Part shown: piece by piece, positions 52,401 through 64,000 of the stretch
Layout of the letters: every line of letters begins with the position of its first letter
Numbering within the stretch: the first letter of the stretch is position 1
Source: the human T2T-CHM13v2.0 reference genome, Homo sapiens
Assembly (NCBI RefSeq): GCF_009914755.1
Contig: NC_060942.1
Strand: one strand, 5' to 3'
Length of the DNA: 64,000 nt
Translations under genes and position numbers: made by a program
The notes under the pieces: model-generated
What the model was told of the DNA's origin: nothing
Database searches by the model: none
The model's input: the letters and a program-made list of their open reading frames with translations, nothing else

Positions 52401-55400
52401 GGAATCACTCCTTTTGTAGTATCTGGAAGTGGACATTTGGAGCGCTTTCAGGCCTATGTTGAAAAAGGAAATATCTTCCCATAACAAGTAGACACAAGCA
52501 TTCTCAGAAACTTGTTTGTGATGTGTGCCCTCTACTGACAGAGTTGAACCTTTCTTTTCATAGAGCAGTTTCGAAACACTCTTTTTGTAGAATCTGCAAG
52601 AGGATATTTGCATAGCTTTGAGGATTTCGTGGGAAACGGGATTGTCTTCAGGTAAAATCTAGACAGAAGCATTCTCAGAAAATTCTTCGGGATGTTTGCA
52701 TTCAAGTCACAGAGTAGAACATTCCCTTTGGTAGAGCAGGTTTGAAACACTCTTTTTGTAGTATCTGGAAGTGGACATTTGGAGCGCTTTCAGGCCTATG
52801 TTGGAAAGGGAAATATCTTCCCGTAACAACTAGGCAGAAGCATTCTCAGAAACTTATTTGAGATGTGTGTACTGAACTAAGAGAATTGAACCACCGTTTT
52901 GAAGGAGCAGGTTTGAAACACTCTTTTTGTAGTATCTGGAAGTGGACATTTGGAGCGCTTTCAGGCCTATGTTGGAAAGGGAAATATCTTCCCGTAACAA
53001 CTAGGCAGAAGCATTCTCAGAAACTTATTTGAGATGTGTGTACTCAACTAAGAGAATTGAACCACCGTTTTGAAGGAGCAGTTTTGAAACACTCTTTTTC
53101 TGGAATCTGCAAGAGGATATTTGCATAGATTTGAGGATTTCGTTGGAAACGGGATTGTCTTCAGATCCAATCTAGACAGAAGCATTCTCAGAAACTTCTT
53201 TGGGATGTTTGCATTCAAGTCACAGAGTAGAACATTCCCTTTGGTAGAGCAGGTTTGAAACACTCTTTTTTTAGTATATGGAAGTGGACATTTGGAGCGC
53301 TTTCAGGCCTACGTTGGAAAAGGAAATATCTTCCCATAACAACTAGACAGAAGCATTCTCAGAAACTAGTTTCTGATGTGTGTCCTCAACTAACACAGTT
53401 GAACATTTCTTTAGACAGAACAGTTTTGAAACACTCTCTTTGTGGAATCTGCAAGTGGATATTTGGCTAGATTTGAGGATTTCGTTGGAAACGGGATTAC
53501 ATATAAAAAGCAGACAGCAGCATTCTCAGAAACTTCTTTGTGATGATTGCATTCAAGTCACAGAATTGAACATTCCCTTTCACAGAGCAGGTTTGAAACA
53601 CTCTTTTTGTAGTGTGTGTAAGTGGACATTTGGAGCGCTTTCCGGCCTAAGGTGAACAAGGAAATATCTTCCCATAAAAACTAGACAGAAGTATTCTCAG
53701 AAACTTACTCGTGATGTGTGTCCTCAACTAAAGGAGTAGAACCTTTCTTTTCATAGAGAAGTTTTGAAACGCTCTTTTTGTGGAATCTGCAAGTGGATAT
53801 TTGGCTAGTTTTGAGGATTTCGTTGGAAGCGGGAATTCATACAAATTGCAGACTGCAGCGTTCTGAGAAACATCTTTGTGATGTTTGTATTCAGGACACA
53901 GAGTTGAACGTTCCCTATCATAGAGCAGGTTTGAATCACTCCTTTTGTAGTATCTGGAAGTGGACATTTGGAGCGCTTTCCGGCCTCAGGTGAAAAAGGA
54001 AATATCTTCCCATAAAAACTAGACAGAAGCATTCTCAGAAACTTACTCGTGATGTGTGTCCTCAACTAAAGGGGTAGAACCTTTCTTTTGATAGAGCAGT
54101 TTTGAAACACTCTTTTTGTAGAATCTGCAAGTGGATATTTCGATAGCTTTGTGGATTTCGTTGGAAACGGGAATATCTTCATATAAAATCTAGAGAGAAG
54201 TATTATCAGAAACTTCCTTGTGATGGTTGCATTCAAGTCACAGAGTTGAACATTCGCTTTCATAGAGCATGTTTGAAACACTCTTTTTCCATTACCTGGA
54301 AGTGGACTTTTGGAGCGCTTTGAGGCCTATGGTGAAAAAGGAAATATCTTCCCAAAAAAACTAGACAGAAGCATTCTCAGAAACTTATTTGTGATGTGTG
54401 TCCTCAACTGACAGAGTTGAACATTTCTTTTGAGAGAGCAGTTTTGAAACACTCTTTTTGTGGAATCTGCAAGTGGATATTTGGCTGGCTTTGAGGATTT
54501 CGTTGGAAACGGGAATACATATAAAAAGCAGACAGCAGCGTTCTGAGAAACTTCTTGGTGATGTTTGCATTCAAGTCACAGAATTGAACATTCCCTTTGA
54601 TAGAACAGGTTTGAAACACTCCTTTTCTCATATCTGGAAGTGTCCATTCGGAGCGCATTCAGGCTTGTGTTGAAAAAGGATATATCTTCCCATAACAACT
54701 AGACAGAAGCATTCTCAGAAACTAGTTTCTGATGTGTGTCCTCAACTAACACAGTTGAACATTTCTTTAGACAGAACAGTTTTGAAACACTCTTTTTGTG
54801 GAATTTGCAAGTGGATATTTGGCTAGATTTGAGCATTTCGTTGGAAACGGGATTACATATAAAAAGCAGACAGCGGCATTCTCAGAAAGTTCTTTGTGAT
54901 GATTGCATTCAAGTCACAGAATTGAACATTCCCTTTCACAGAGCAGGTTTGAAACACTCTTTTTGTAGTGTGTGTAAGTGGACATTTGGAGCGCTTTCCG
55001 GCCTAAGGTGAAAAAGGAAATATCTTCCCATAAAAACTAGACAGAAGCATTCTCAGAAACTTACTCGTGATGTGTGTACTCAAGTAAAGGAGTAGAAACT
55101 TTCTTTTCATAGAGAAGTTTTGAAACGCTCTTTTTGTGGAATCTGCAAGTGGATATTTGGCTAGTTTTGAGGATTTCGTTGGAAGCGGGAATTCATACAA
55201 ATTGCAGACTGCAGCGTTCTGAGAAACATCTTTGTGATGTTTGTATTCAGGACACAGAGTTGAACATTCCCTATCATAGAGCAGGTTGGAATCACTCCTT
55301 TTGTAGTATCTGGAAGTGGACATTTGGAGCGCTTTCAGGCCTATGTTGGAAAAGGAAATATCTTCCCATAACAAATAGACAGAAGCATTCTCAGAAACTT

Positions 55401-58271
55401 ATTTGAGATGTGTGTACTCAACTAAGAGAATTGAACCACCGTTTTGAAGGAGCAGTTTTGAAACACTCTTTTTCTGGAATCTGCAAGTGGATATCTGGCT
55501 AGCTTTGGGGATTTCGCTGGAAGCGGGAATACATATAAAAAGCACACAGCAGCGTTCTGAGAAACTTCTTTCTGATGTTCGCATTCAAGTCAAAAGTTGA
55601 ACACTCCCTTTCATAGAGCAGTCTTGAAACTCCCCTTTTGTGGTATCTGGAAGTGGACATTTGGAGTGCTTTCAGGGCTAAGGTGAAAAAGGAAATATCT
55701 TCCCATAAAAACTGGACAGAAGCATTCTCAGAAACTTGTTTATGCTGTATCTACTCAGCTAACAAAGTTGAACCTTTCTTTTGATAGAGCAGTTTTGAAA
55801 TGCTCTTTTTGTGGAGTCTGCAAGTGGATATTTGGTTAGTTTTGAGGATTTCTTTGGAAGCGGGAATTCATACAAATTGCAGACTGCAGCGTTCTGAGAA
55901 ACATCTTTGTGATGTTTGTATTCAGGACACAGAGTTGAACATTCCCTATCATAGAGCAGGTTGGAATCACTCCTTTTGTAGTATCTGGAAGTGGACATTT
56001 GGAGCGCTTTCAGGCCTATGTTGAAAAAGGAAATATCTTCCCATAACAAGTAGACACAAGCATTCTCAGAAACTTGTTTGTGATGTGTGCCCTCTACTGA
56101 CAGAGTTGAACCTTTCTTTTCATAGAGCAGTTTCGAAACACTCTTTTTGTAGAATCTGCAAGAGGATATTTGCATAGCTTTGAGGATTTCGTGGGAAACG
56201 GGATTGTCTTCAGGTAAAATCTAGACAGAAGCATTCTCAGAAAATTCTTCGGGATGTTTGCATTCAAGTCACAGAGTAGAACATTCCCTTTGGTAGAGCA
56301 GGTTTGAAACACTCTTTTTGTAGTATCTGGAAGTGGACATTTGGAGCGCTTTCAGGCCTATGTTGGAAAGGGAAATATCTTCCCGTAACAACTAGGCAGA
56401 AGCATTCTCAGAAACTTATTTGAGATGTGTGTACTGAACTAAGAGAATTGAACCACCGTTTTGAAGGAGCAGGTTTGAAACACTCTTTTTGTAGTATCTG
56501 GAAGTGGACATTTGGAGCGCTTTCAGGCCTATGTTGGAAAGGGAAATATCTTCCCGTAACAACTAGGCAGAAGCATTCTCAGAAACTTATTTGAGATGTG
56601 TGTACTCAACTAAGAGAATTGAACCACCGTTTTGAAGGAGCAGTTTTGAAACACTCTTTTTCTGGAATCTGCAAGAGGATATTTGCATAGATTTGAGGAT
56701 TTCGTTGGAAACGGGATTGTCTTCAGATCCAATCTAGACAGAAGCATTCTCAGAAACTTCTTTGGGATGTTTGCATTCAAGTCACAGAGTAGAACATTCC
56801 CTTTGGTAGAGCAGGTTTGAAACACTCTTTTTTTAGTATATGGAAGTGGACATTTGGAGCGCTTTCAGGCCTACGTTGGAAAAGGAAATATCTTCCCATA
56901 ACAACTAGACAGAAGCATTCTCAGAAACTAGTTTCTGATGTGTGTCCTCAACTAACACAGTTGAACATTTCTTTAGACAGAACAGTTTTGAAACACTCTC
57001 TTTGTGGAATCTGCAAGTGGATATTTGGCTAGATTTGAGGATTTCGTTGGAAACGGGATTACATATAAAAAGCAGACAGCAGCATTCTCAGAAACTTCTT
57101 TGTGATGATTGCATTCAAGTCACAGAATTGAACATTCCCTTTCACAGAGCAGGTTTGAAACACTCTTTTTGTAGTGTGTGTAAGTGGACATTTGGAGCGC
57201 TTTCCGGCCTAAGGTGAACAAGGAAATATCTTCCCATAAAAACTAGACAGAAGTATTCTCAGAAACTTACTCGTGATGTGTGTCCTCAACTAAAGGAGTA
57301 GAACCTTTCTTTTCATAGAGAAGTTTTGAAACGCTCTTTTTGTGGAATCTGCAAGTGGATATTTGGCTAGTTTTGAGGATTTCGTTGGAAGCGGGAATTC
57401 ATACAAATTGCAGACTGCAGCGTTCTGAGAAACATCTTTGTGATGTTTGTATTCAGGACACAGAGTTGAACGTTCCCTATCATAGAGCAGGTTTGAATCA
57501 CTCCTTTTGTAGTATCTGGAAGTGGACATTTGGAGCGCTTTCCGGCCTCAGGTGAAAAAGGAAATATCTTCCCATAAAAACTAGACAGAAGCATTCTCAG
57601 AAACTTACTCGTGATGTGTGTCCTCAACTAAAGGGGTAGAACCTTTCTTTTGATAGAGCAGTTTTGAAACACTCTTTTTGTAGAATCTGCAAGTGGATAT
57701 TTCGATAGCTTTGTGGATTTCGTTGGAAACGGGAATATCTTCATATAAAATCTAGAGAGAAGTATTATCAGAAACTTCCTTGTGATGGTTGCATTCAAGT
57801 CACAGAGTTGAACATTCGCTTTCATAGAGCATGTTTGAAACACTCTTTTTCCATTACCTGGAAGTGGACATTTGGAGCGCTTTGAGGCCTATGGTGAAAA
57901 AGGAAATATCTTCCCAAAAAAACTAGACAGAAGCATTCTCAGAAACTTATTTGTGATGTGTGTCCTCAACTGACAGAGTTGAACATTTCTTTTGAGAGAG
58001 CAGTTTTGAAACACTCTTTTTGTGGAATCTGCAAGTGGATATTTGGCTGGCTTTGAGGATTTCGTTGGAAACGGGAATACATATAAAAAGCAGACAGCAG
58101 CGTTCTGAGAAACTTCTTGGTGATGTTTGCATTCAAGTCACAGAATTGAACATTCCCTTTGATAGAACAGGTTTGAAACACTCCTTTTCTCATATCTGGA
58201 AGTGTCCATTCGGAGCGCATTCAGGCTTGTGTTGAAAAAGGATATATCTTCCCATAATAACTAGACAGAAG
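40472..58271 (+). repeat. 21-monomer HOR (P Q T U R x S P Q V W; 3555-3562 bp), five copies
   Basis: Units start at 40472, 44031, 47586, 51148 and 54710, with the next at 58272. Periods are 3559, 3555, 3562, 3562 and 3562 bp. Each unit contains one lone hybrid monomer x. Confidence 0.92.
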
Positions 58272-61200
58272 CATTCTCAGAAACTAGTTTCTGATGTGTG
58301 TCCTCAACTAACACAGTTGAACATTTCTTTAGACAGAACAGTTTTGAAACACTCTTTTTGTGGAATCTGCAAGTGGATATTTGGCTAGATTTGAGCATTT
58401 CGTTGGAAACGGGATTACATATAAAAAGCAGACAGCGGCATTCTCAGAAAGTTCTTTGTGATGATTGCATTCAAGTCACAGAATTGAACATTCCCTTTCA
58501 CAGAGCAGGTTTGAAACACTCTTTTTGTAGTGTGTGTAAGCGGACATTTGCAGCGCTTTCCGGCCTAAGGTGAAAAAGGAAATATCTTCCCATAAAAACT
58601 AGACAGAAGCATTCTCAGAAACTTACTCGTGATGTGTGTACTCAAGTAAAGGAGTAGAAACTTTCTTTTCATAGAGAAGTTTTGAAACGCTCTTTTTGTG
58701 GAATCTGCAAGTGGATATTTGGCTAGTTTTGAGGATTTCGTTGGAAGCGGGAATTCATACAAATTGCAGACTGCAGCGTTCTGAGAAACATCTTTGTGAT
58801 GTTTGTATTCAGGACACAGAGTTGAACATTCCCTATCATAGAGCAGGTTTGAATCACTCCTTTTGTAGTATCTGGAAGTGGACATTTGGAGCGCTTTCAG
58901 GCCTATGTTGGAAAAGGAAATATCTTCCCATAACAAATGGACAGAAGCATTCTCAGAAACTTATTTGAGATGTGTGTACTCAACTAAGAGAATTGAACCA
59001 CCGTTTTGAAGGAGCAATTTTGAAACACTCTTTTTCTGGAATCTGCAAGTGGATATCTGGCTAGCTTTGGGGATTTCGCTGGAAGCGGGAATACATATAA
59101 AAAGCACACAGCAGCGTTCTGAGAAACTTCTTTCTGATGTTCGCATTCAAGTCAAAAGTTGAACACTCCCTTTCATAGAGCAGTCTTGAAACTCCCCTTT
59201 TGTGGTATCTGGAAGTGGACATTTGGAGTGCTTTCAGGGCTAAGGTGAAAAAGGAAATATCTTCCCATAAAAACTGGACAGAAGCATTCTCAGAAACTTG
59301 TTTATGCTGTATCTACTCAGCTAACAAAGTTGAACCTTTCTTTTGATAGAGCAGTTTTGAAATGCTCTTTTTGTGGAGTCTGCAAGTGGATATTTGGTTA
59401 GTTTTGAGGATTTCTTTGGAAGCGGGAATTCATACAAATTGCAGACTGCAGCGTTCTGAGAAACATCTTTGTGATGTTTGTATTCAGGACACAGAGTTGA
59501 ACATTCCCTATCATAGAGCAGGTTGGAATCACTCCTTTTGTAGTATCTGGAAGTGGACATTTGGAGCGCTTTCAGGCCTATGTTGAAAAAGGAAATATCT
59601 TCCCATAACAAGTAGACACAAGCATTCTCAGAAACTTGTTTGTGATGTGTGCCCTCTACTGACAGAGTTGAACCTTTCTTTTCATAGAGCAGTTTCGAAA
59701 CACTCTTTTTGTAGAATCTGCAAGAGGATATTTGCATAGCTTTGAGGATTTCGTGGGAAACGGGATTGTCTTCAGGTAAAATCTAGACAGAAGCATTCTC
59801 AGAAAATTCTTCGGGATGTTTGCATTCAAGTCACAGAGTAGAACATTCCCTTTGGTAGAGCAGGTTTGAAACACTCTTTTTGTAGTATCTGGAAGTGGAC
59901 ATTTGGAGCGCTTTCAGGCCTATGTTGGAAAGGGAAATATCTTCCCGTAACAACTAGGCAGAAGCATTCTCAGAAACTTATTTGAGATGTGTGTACTCAA
60001 CTAAGAGAATTGAACCACCGTTTTGAAGGAGCAGTTTTGAAACACTCTTTTTCTGGAATCTGCAAGAGGATATTTGCATAGATTTGAGGATTTCGTTGGA
60101 AACGGGATTGTCTTCAGATCCAATCTAGACAGAAGCATTCTCAGAAACTTCTTTGGGATGTTTGCATTCAAGTCACAGAGTAGAACATTCCCTTTGGTAG
60201 AGCAGGTTTGAAACACTCTTTTTTTAGTATATGGAAGTGGACATTTGGAGCGCTTTCAGGCCTACGTTGGAAAAGGAAATATCTTCCCATAACAACTAGA
60301 CAGAAGCATTCTCAGAAACTAGTTTCTGATGTGTGTCCTCAACTAACACAGTTGAACATTTCTTTAGACAGAACAGTTTTGAAACACTCTCTTTGTGGAA
60401 TCTGCAAGTGGATATTTGGCTAGATTTGAGGATTTCGTTGGAAACGGGATTACATATAAAAAGCAGACAGCAGCATTCTCAGAAACTTCTTTGTGATGAT
60501 TGCATTCAAGTCACAGAATTGAACATTCCCTTTCACAGAGCAGGTTTGAAACACTCTTTTTGTAGTGTGTGTAAGTGGACATTTGGAGCGCTTTCCGGCC
60601 TAAGGTGAACAAGGAAATATCTTCCCATAAAAACTAGACAGAAGTATTCTCAGAAACTTACTCGTGATGTGTGTCCTCAACTAAAGGAGTAGAACCTTTC
60701 TTTTCATAGAGAAGTTTTGAAACGCTCTTTTTGTGGAATCTGCAAGTGGATATTTGGCTAGTTTTGAGGATTTCGTTGGAAGCGGGAATTCATACAAATT
60801 GCAGACTGCAGCGTTCTGAGAAACATCTTTGTGATGTTTGTATTCAGGACACAGAGTTGAACGTTCCCTATCATAGAGCAGGTTTGAATCACTCCTTTTG
60901 TAGTATCTGGAAGTGGACATTTGGAGCGCTTTCCGGCCTCAGGTGAAAAAGGAAATATCTTCCCATAAAAACTAGACAGAAGCATTCTCAGAAACTTACT
61001 CGTGATGTGTGTCCTCAACTAAAGGGGTAGAACCTTTCTTTTGATAGAGCAGTTTTGAAACACTCTTTTTGTAGAATCTGCAAGTGGATATTTCGATAGC
61101 TTTGTGGATTTCGTTGGAAACGGGAATATCTTCATATAAAATCTAGAGAGAAGTATTATCAGAAACTTCCTTGTGATGGTTGCATTCAAGTCACAGAGTT

Positions 61201-64000
61201 AAACATTCGCTTTCATAGAGCATGTTTGAAACACTCTTTTTCCATTACCTGGAAGTGGACTTTTGGAGCGCTTTGAGGCCTATGGTGAAAAAGGAAATAT
61301 CTTCCCAAAAAAACTAGACAGAAGCATTCTCAGAAACTTATTTGTGATGTGTGTCCTCAACTGACAGAGTTGAACATTTCTTTTGAGAGAGCAGTTTTGA
61401 AACACTCTTTTTGTGGAATCTGCAAGTGGATATTTGGCTGGCTTTGAGGATTTCGTTGGAAACGGGAATACATATAAAAAGCAGACAGCAGCGTTCTGAG
61501 AAACTTCTTGGTGATGTTTGCATTCAAGTCACAGAATTGAACATTCCCTTTGATAGAACAGGTTTGAAACACTCCTTTTCTCATATCTGGAAGTGTCCAT
61601 TCGGAGCGCATTCAGGCTTGTGTTGAAAAAGGATATATCTTCCCATAACAACTAGACAGAAGCATTCTCAGAAACTAGTTTCTGATGTGTGTCCTCAACT
61701 AACACAGTTGAACATTTCTTTAGACAGAACAGTTTTGAAACACTCTTTTTGTGGAATTTGCAAGTGGATATTTGGCTAGATTTGAGCATTTCGTTGGAAA
61801 CGGGATTACATATAAAAAGCAGACAGCGGCATTCTCAGAAAGTTCTTTGTGATGATTGCATTCAAGTCACAGAATTGAACATTCCCTTTCACAGAGCAGG
61901 TTTGAAACACTCTTTTTGTAGTGTGTGAAAGTGGACATTTGGAGCGCTTTCCGGCCTAAGGTGAAAAAGGAAATATCTTCCCATAAAAACTAGACAGAAG
62001 CATTCTCAGAAACTTACTCGTGATGTGTGTACTCAACTAAAGGAGTAGAAACTTTCTTTTCATAGAGAAGTTTTGAAACGCTCTTTTTGTGGAATCTGCA
62101 GGTGGATATTTGGCTAGTTTTGAGGATTACGTTGGAAACGGGAATTCATACAAATTGCAGACTGCAGCGTTCTGAGAAACATCTTTGTGATGTTTGTATT
62201 CAGGACACAGAGTTGAACATTCCCTATCATAGAGCAGGTTTGAATCACTCCTTTTGTAGTATCTGGAAGTGGACATTTGGAGCGCTTTCAGGCCTATGTT
62301 GGAAAAGGAAATATCTTCCCATAACAAATAGACAGAAACATTCTCAGAAACTTATTTGAGATGTGTGTACTCAACTAAGAATTGAACCACCGTTTTGAAG
62401 GAGCAGTTTTGAAACACTCTTTTTCTGGAATCTGCAAGTGGATATTTGGCTAGCTTTGGGGATTTCGCTGGAAGCGGGAATACATATAAAAAGCACACAG
62501 CAGCGTTCTGAGAAACTTCTTTCTGATGTTCGCATTCAAGTCAAAATTTGAACACTCCCTTTCGTAGAGCAGTCTTGAAACTCCCCTTTTGTGGTATCTG
62601 GAAGTGGACATTTGGAGTGCTTTCAGGGCTAAGGTGAAAAAGGAAATATCTTCCCATAAAAACTGGACAGAAGCATTCTCAGAAACTTGTTTATGCTGTA
62701 TCTACTCAGCTAACAAAGTTGAACCTTTCTTTTGATAGAGCAGTTTTGAAATGCTCTTTTTGTGGAGTCTGCAAGTGGATATTTGGCTAGTTTTGAGGAT
62801 TTCGTTGGAAGCGGGAATTCATACAAATTGCAGACTGCAGCGTTCTGAGAAACATCTTTGTGATGTTTGTATTCAGGACACAGAGTTGAACATTCCCTAT
62901 CATAGAGCAGGTTGGAATCACTCCTTTTGTAGTATCTGGAAGTGGCCATTTCGAGCGCTTTGAGGCCTATGTTGAAAAAGGAAATATCTTCCCATAACAA
63001 GTAGACACAAGCATTCTCAGAAACTTGTTTGTGATGTGTGCCCTCTACTGACAGAGTTGAACCTTTCTTTTCATAGAGCAGTTTCGAAACACTCTTTTTG
63101 TAGAATCTGCAAGAGGATATTTGCATAGCTTTGAGGATTTCGTGGGAAACGGGATTGTCTTCAGGTAAAATCTAGACAGAAGCATTCTCAGAAAATTCTT
63201 CGGGATGTTTGCATTCAAGTCACAGAGTAGAACATTCCCTTTGGTAGAGCAGGTTTGAAACACTCTTTTTGTAGTATCTGGAAGTGGACATTTGGAGCGC
63301 TTTCAGGCCTATGTTGGAAAGGGAAATATCTTCCCGTAACAACTAGGCAGAAGCATTCTCAGAAACTTATTTGAGATGTGTGTACTCAACTAAGAGAATT
63401 GAACCACCGTTTTGAAGGAGCAGTTTTGAAACACTCTTTTTCTGGAATCTGCAAGAGGATATTTGCATAGATTTGAGGATTTCGTTGGAAACGGGATTGT
63501 CTTCAGATCCAATCTAGACAGAAGCATTCTCAGAAACTTCTTTGGGATGTTTGCATTCAAGTCACAGAGTAGAACATTCCCTTTGGTAGAGCAGGTTTGA
63601 AACACTCTTTTTTTAGTATATGGAAGTGGACATTTGGAGCGCTTTCAGGCCTACGTTGGAAAAGGAAATATCTTCCCATAACAACTAGACAGAAGCATTC
63701 TCAGAAACTAGTTTCTGATGTGTGTCCTCAACTAACACAGTTGAACATTTCTTTAGACAGAACAGTTTTGAAACACTCTCTTTGTGGAATCTGCAAGTGG
63801 ATATTTGGCTAGATTTGAGGATTTCGTTGGAAACGGGATTACATATAAAAAGCAGACAGCAGCATTCTCAGAAACTTCTTTGTGATGATTGCATTCAAGT
63901 CACAGAATTGAACATTCCCTTTCACAGAGCAGGTTTGAAACACTCTTTTTGTAGTGTGTGTAAGTGGACATTTGGAGCGCTTTCCGGCCTAAGGTGAACA
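58272..64000 (+). repeat. 20-monomer variant of the same HOR (lacks x; 3391 bp), one full and one partial copy
   Basis: Period 58272->61663 = 3391 = 3562-171. R is followed directly by S at 59965 and at ~63354. Confidence 0.9.

Larger units (their letters stand above)
1..64000 (+). repeat. Alpha-satellite (alphoid) centromeric tandem array, dimeric SF2 (D1/D2) type, probably chromosome 18 D18Z1 family and its flanking variants
   Basis: A ~170-bp unit starting cattctcagaaac recurs without interruption. Alternate monomers carry TTTCGTTGGAA(A/G)CGGGA (CENP-B box) or ggcctatg(t/g)tgaaaaaggaaatatcttccc (A type). SF2-like motifs: caagtcacagag...cattccc, tctggaagtggacatttggagcgctttcaggcc, ggattacatataaaaagcagacagcag. 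The chr18 call rests on recalled D18Z1 features (1.36-kb and 0.68-kb EcoRI spacing, 8-mer/12-mer relation) and is less certain (~0.75) than the alpha-satellite call. Confidence 0.99.

Noticed and set aside
4-63997. Hundreds of 60-138 aa ORFs on both strands (MFQTCSTKGN..., MLWEDISF..., MSSTNTVE..., MWNLQVDI...)
   Set aside because: They are chance translations of the satellite. They recur at the HOR period, overlap on opposite strands, mostly use non-ATG starts, are freely broken by indels and stops, and show no recognisable domain.
1-64000. CRISPR-like array or shufflon suggested by a regularly recurring motif (agaagcattctcagaaac)
   Set aside because: The intervening sequence is itself homologous between units rather than unique spacers, there are no cas or recombinase genes, and the DNA is eukaryotic satellite.
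1-64000. L1/Alu insertion, inversion or non-satellite island
   Set aside because: None seen: no poly(A) tail, target-site duplication or strand switch, and the CENP-B boxes stay on the + strand throughout.
1-64000. Assignment to other 8-mer HORs (chr10/12 SF1; chr14/22 or chr20 SF2)
   Set aside because: The monomers are SF2-like, which argues against chr10/12. The EcoRI spacing and 12-mer/8-mer relation fit chr18 best. The related chr20 arrays cannot be excluded without an HMM or alignment search.

Overview
The whole 64-kb window is primate (very probably human) centromeric alpha-satellite: about 375 head-to-tail monomers of ~169-171 bp, all in one orientation. I see no transposon, inversion, unique sequence or real gene; every listed ORF is a by-product of the repeat. 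Monomers alternate CENP-B-box (B) and A types and match the dimeric suprachromosomal family 2 (D1/D2). The sequence most resembles the chromosome 18 D18Z1 family (recalled, not database-checked). I use my own labels for the ~340-bp B+A dimers: P (ctagtttctgatg...), Q (cttactcgtg...aaaggag, EcoRI), R (gccctctactg), S (aaccaccg...attgtcttcagat), T (aaccaccg...ttcgctggaagcggg), U (tatgctgtatct), V (aaaggggtag...ttcgatagc) and W (caactga.agag...tctcatatc). The window spans a sharp array boundary near 30.05-30.12 kb. Left: a homogeneous 8-mer HOR (PQRS, 1358/1360 bp, ~22 copies) with two 10-mer variants and multi-HOR duplications. Right: ~2.7 copies of an 18-mer (QTURSPVWT, 3052 bp), a rearranged transition zone, then a 21-mer (PQTUR-x-SPQVW, ~3562 bp) whose single hybrid monomer x breaks the A/B alternation, ending in 20-mer forms. 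No new protein-coding system is supported. The interest lies in the recombination and repair history that can be read from the array, including a locally templated fold-back insertion at ~2.5 kb.
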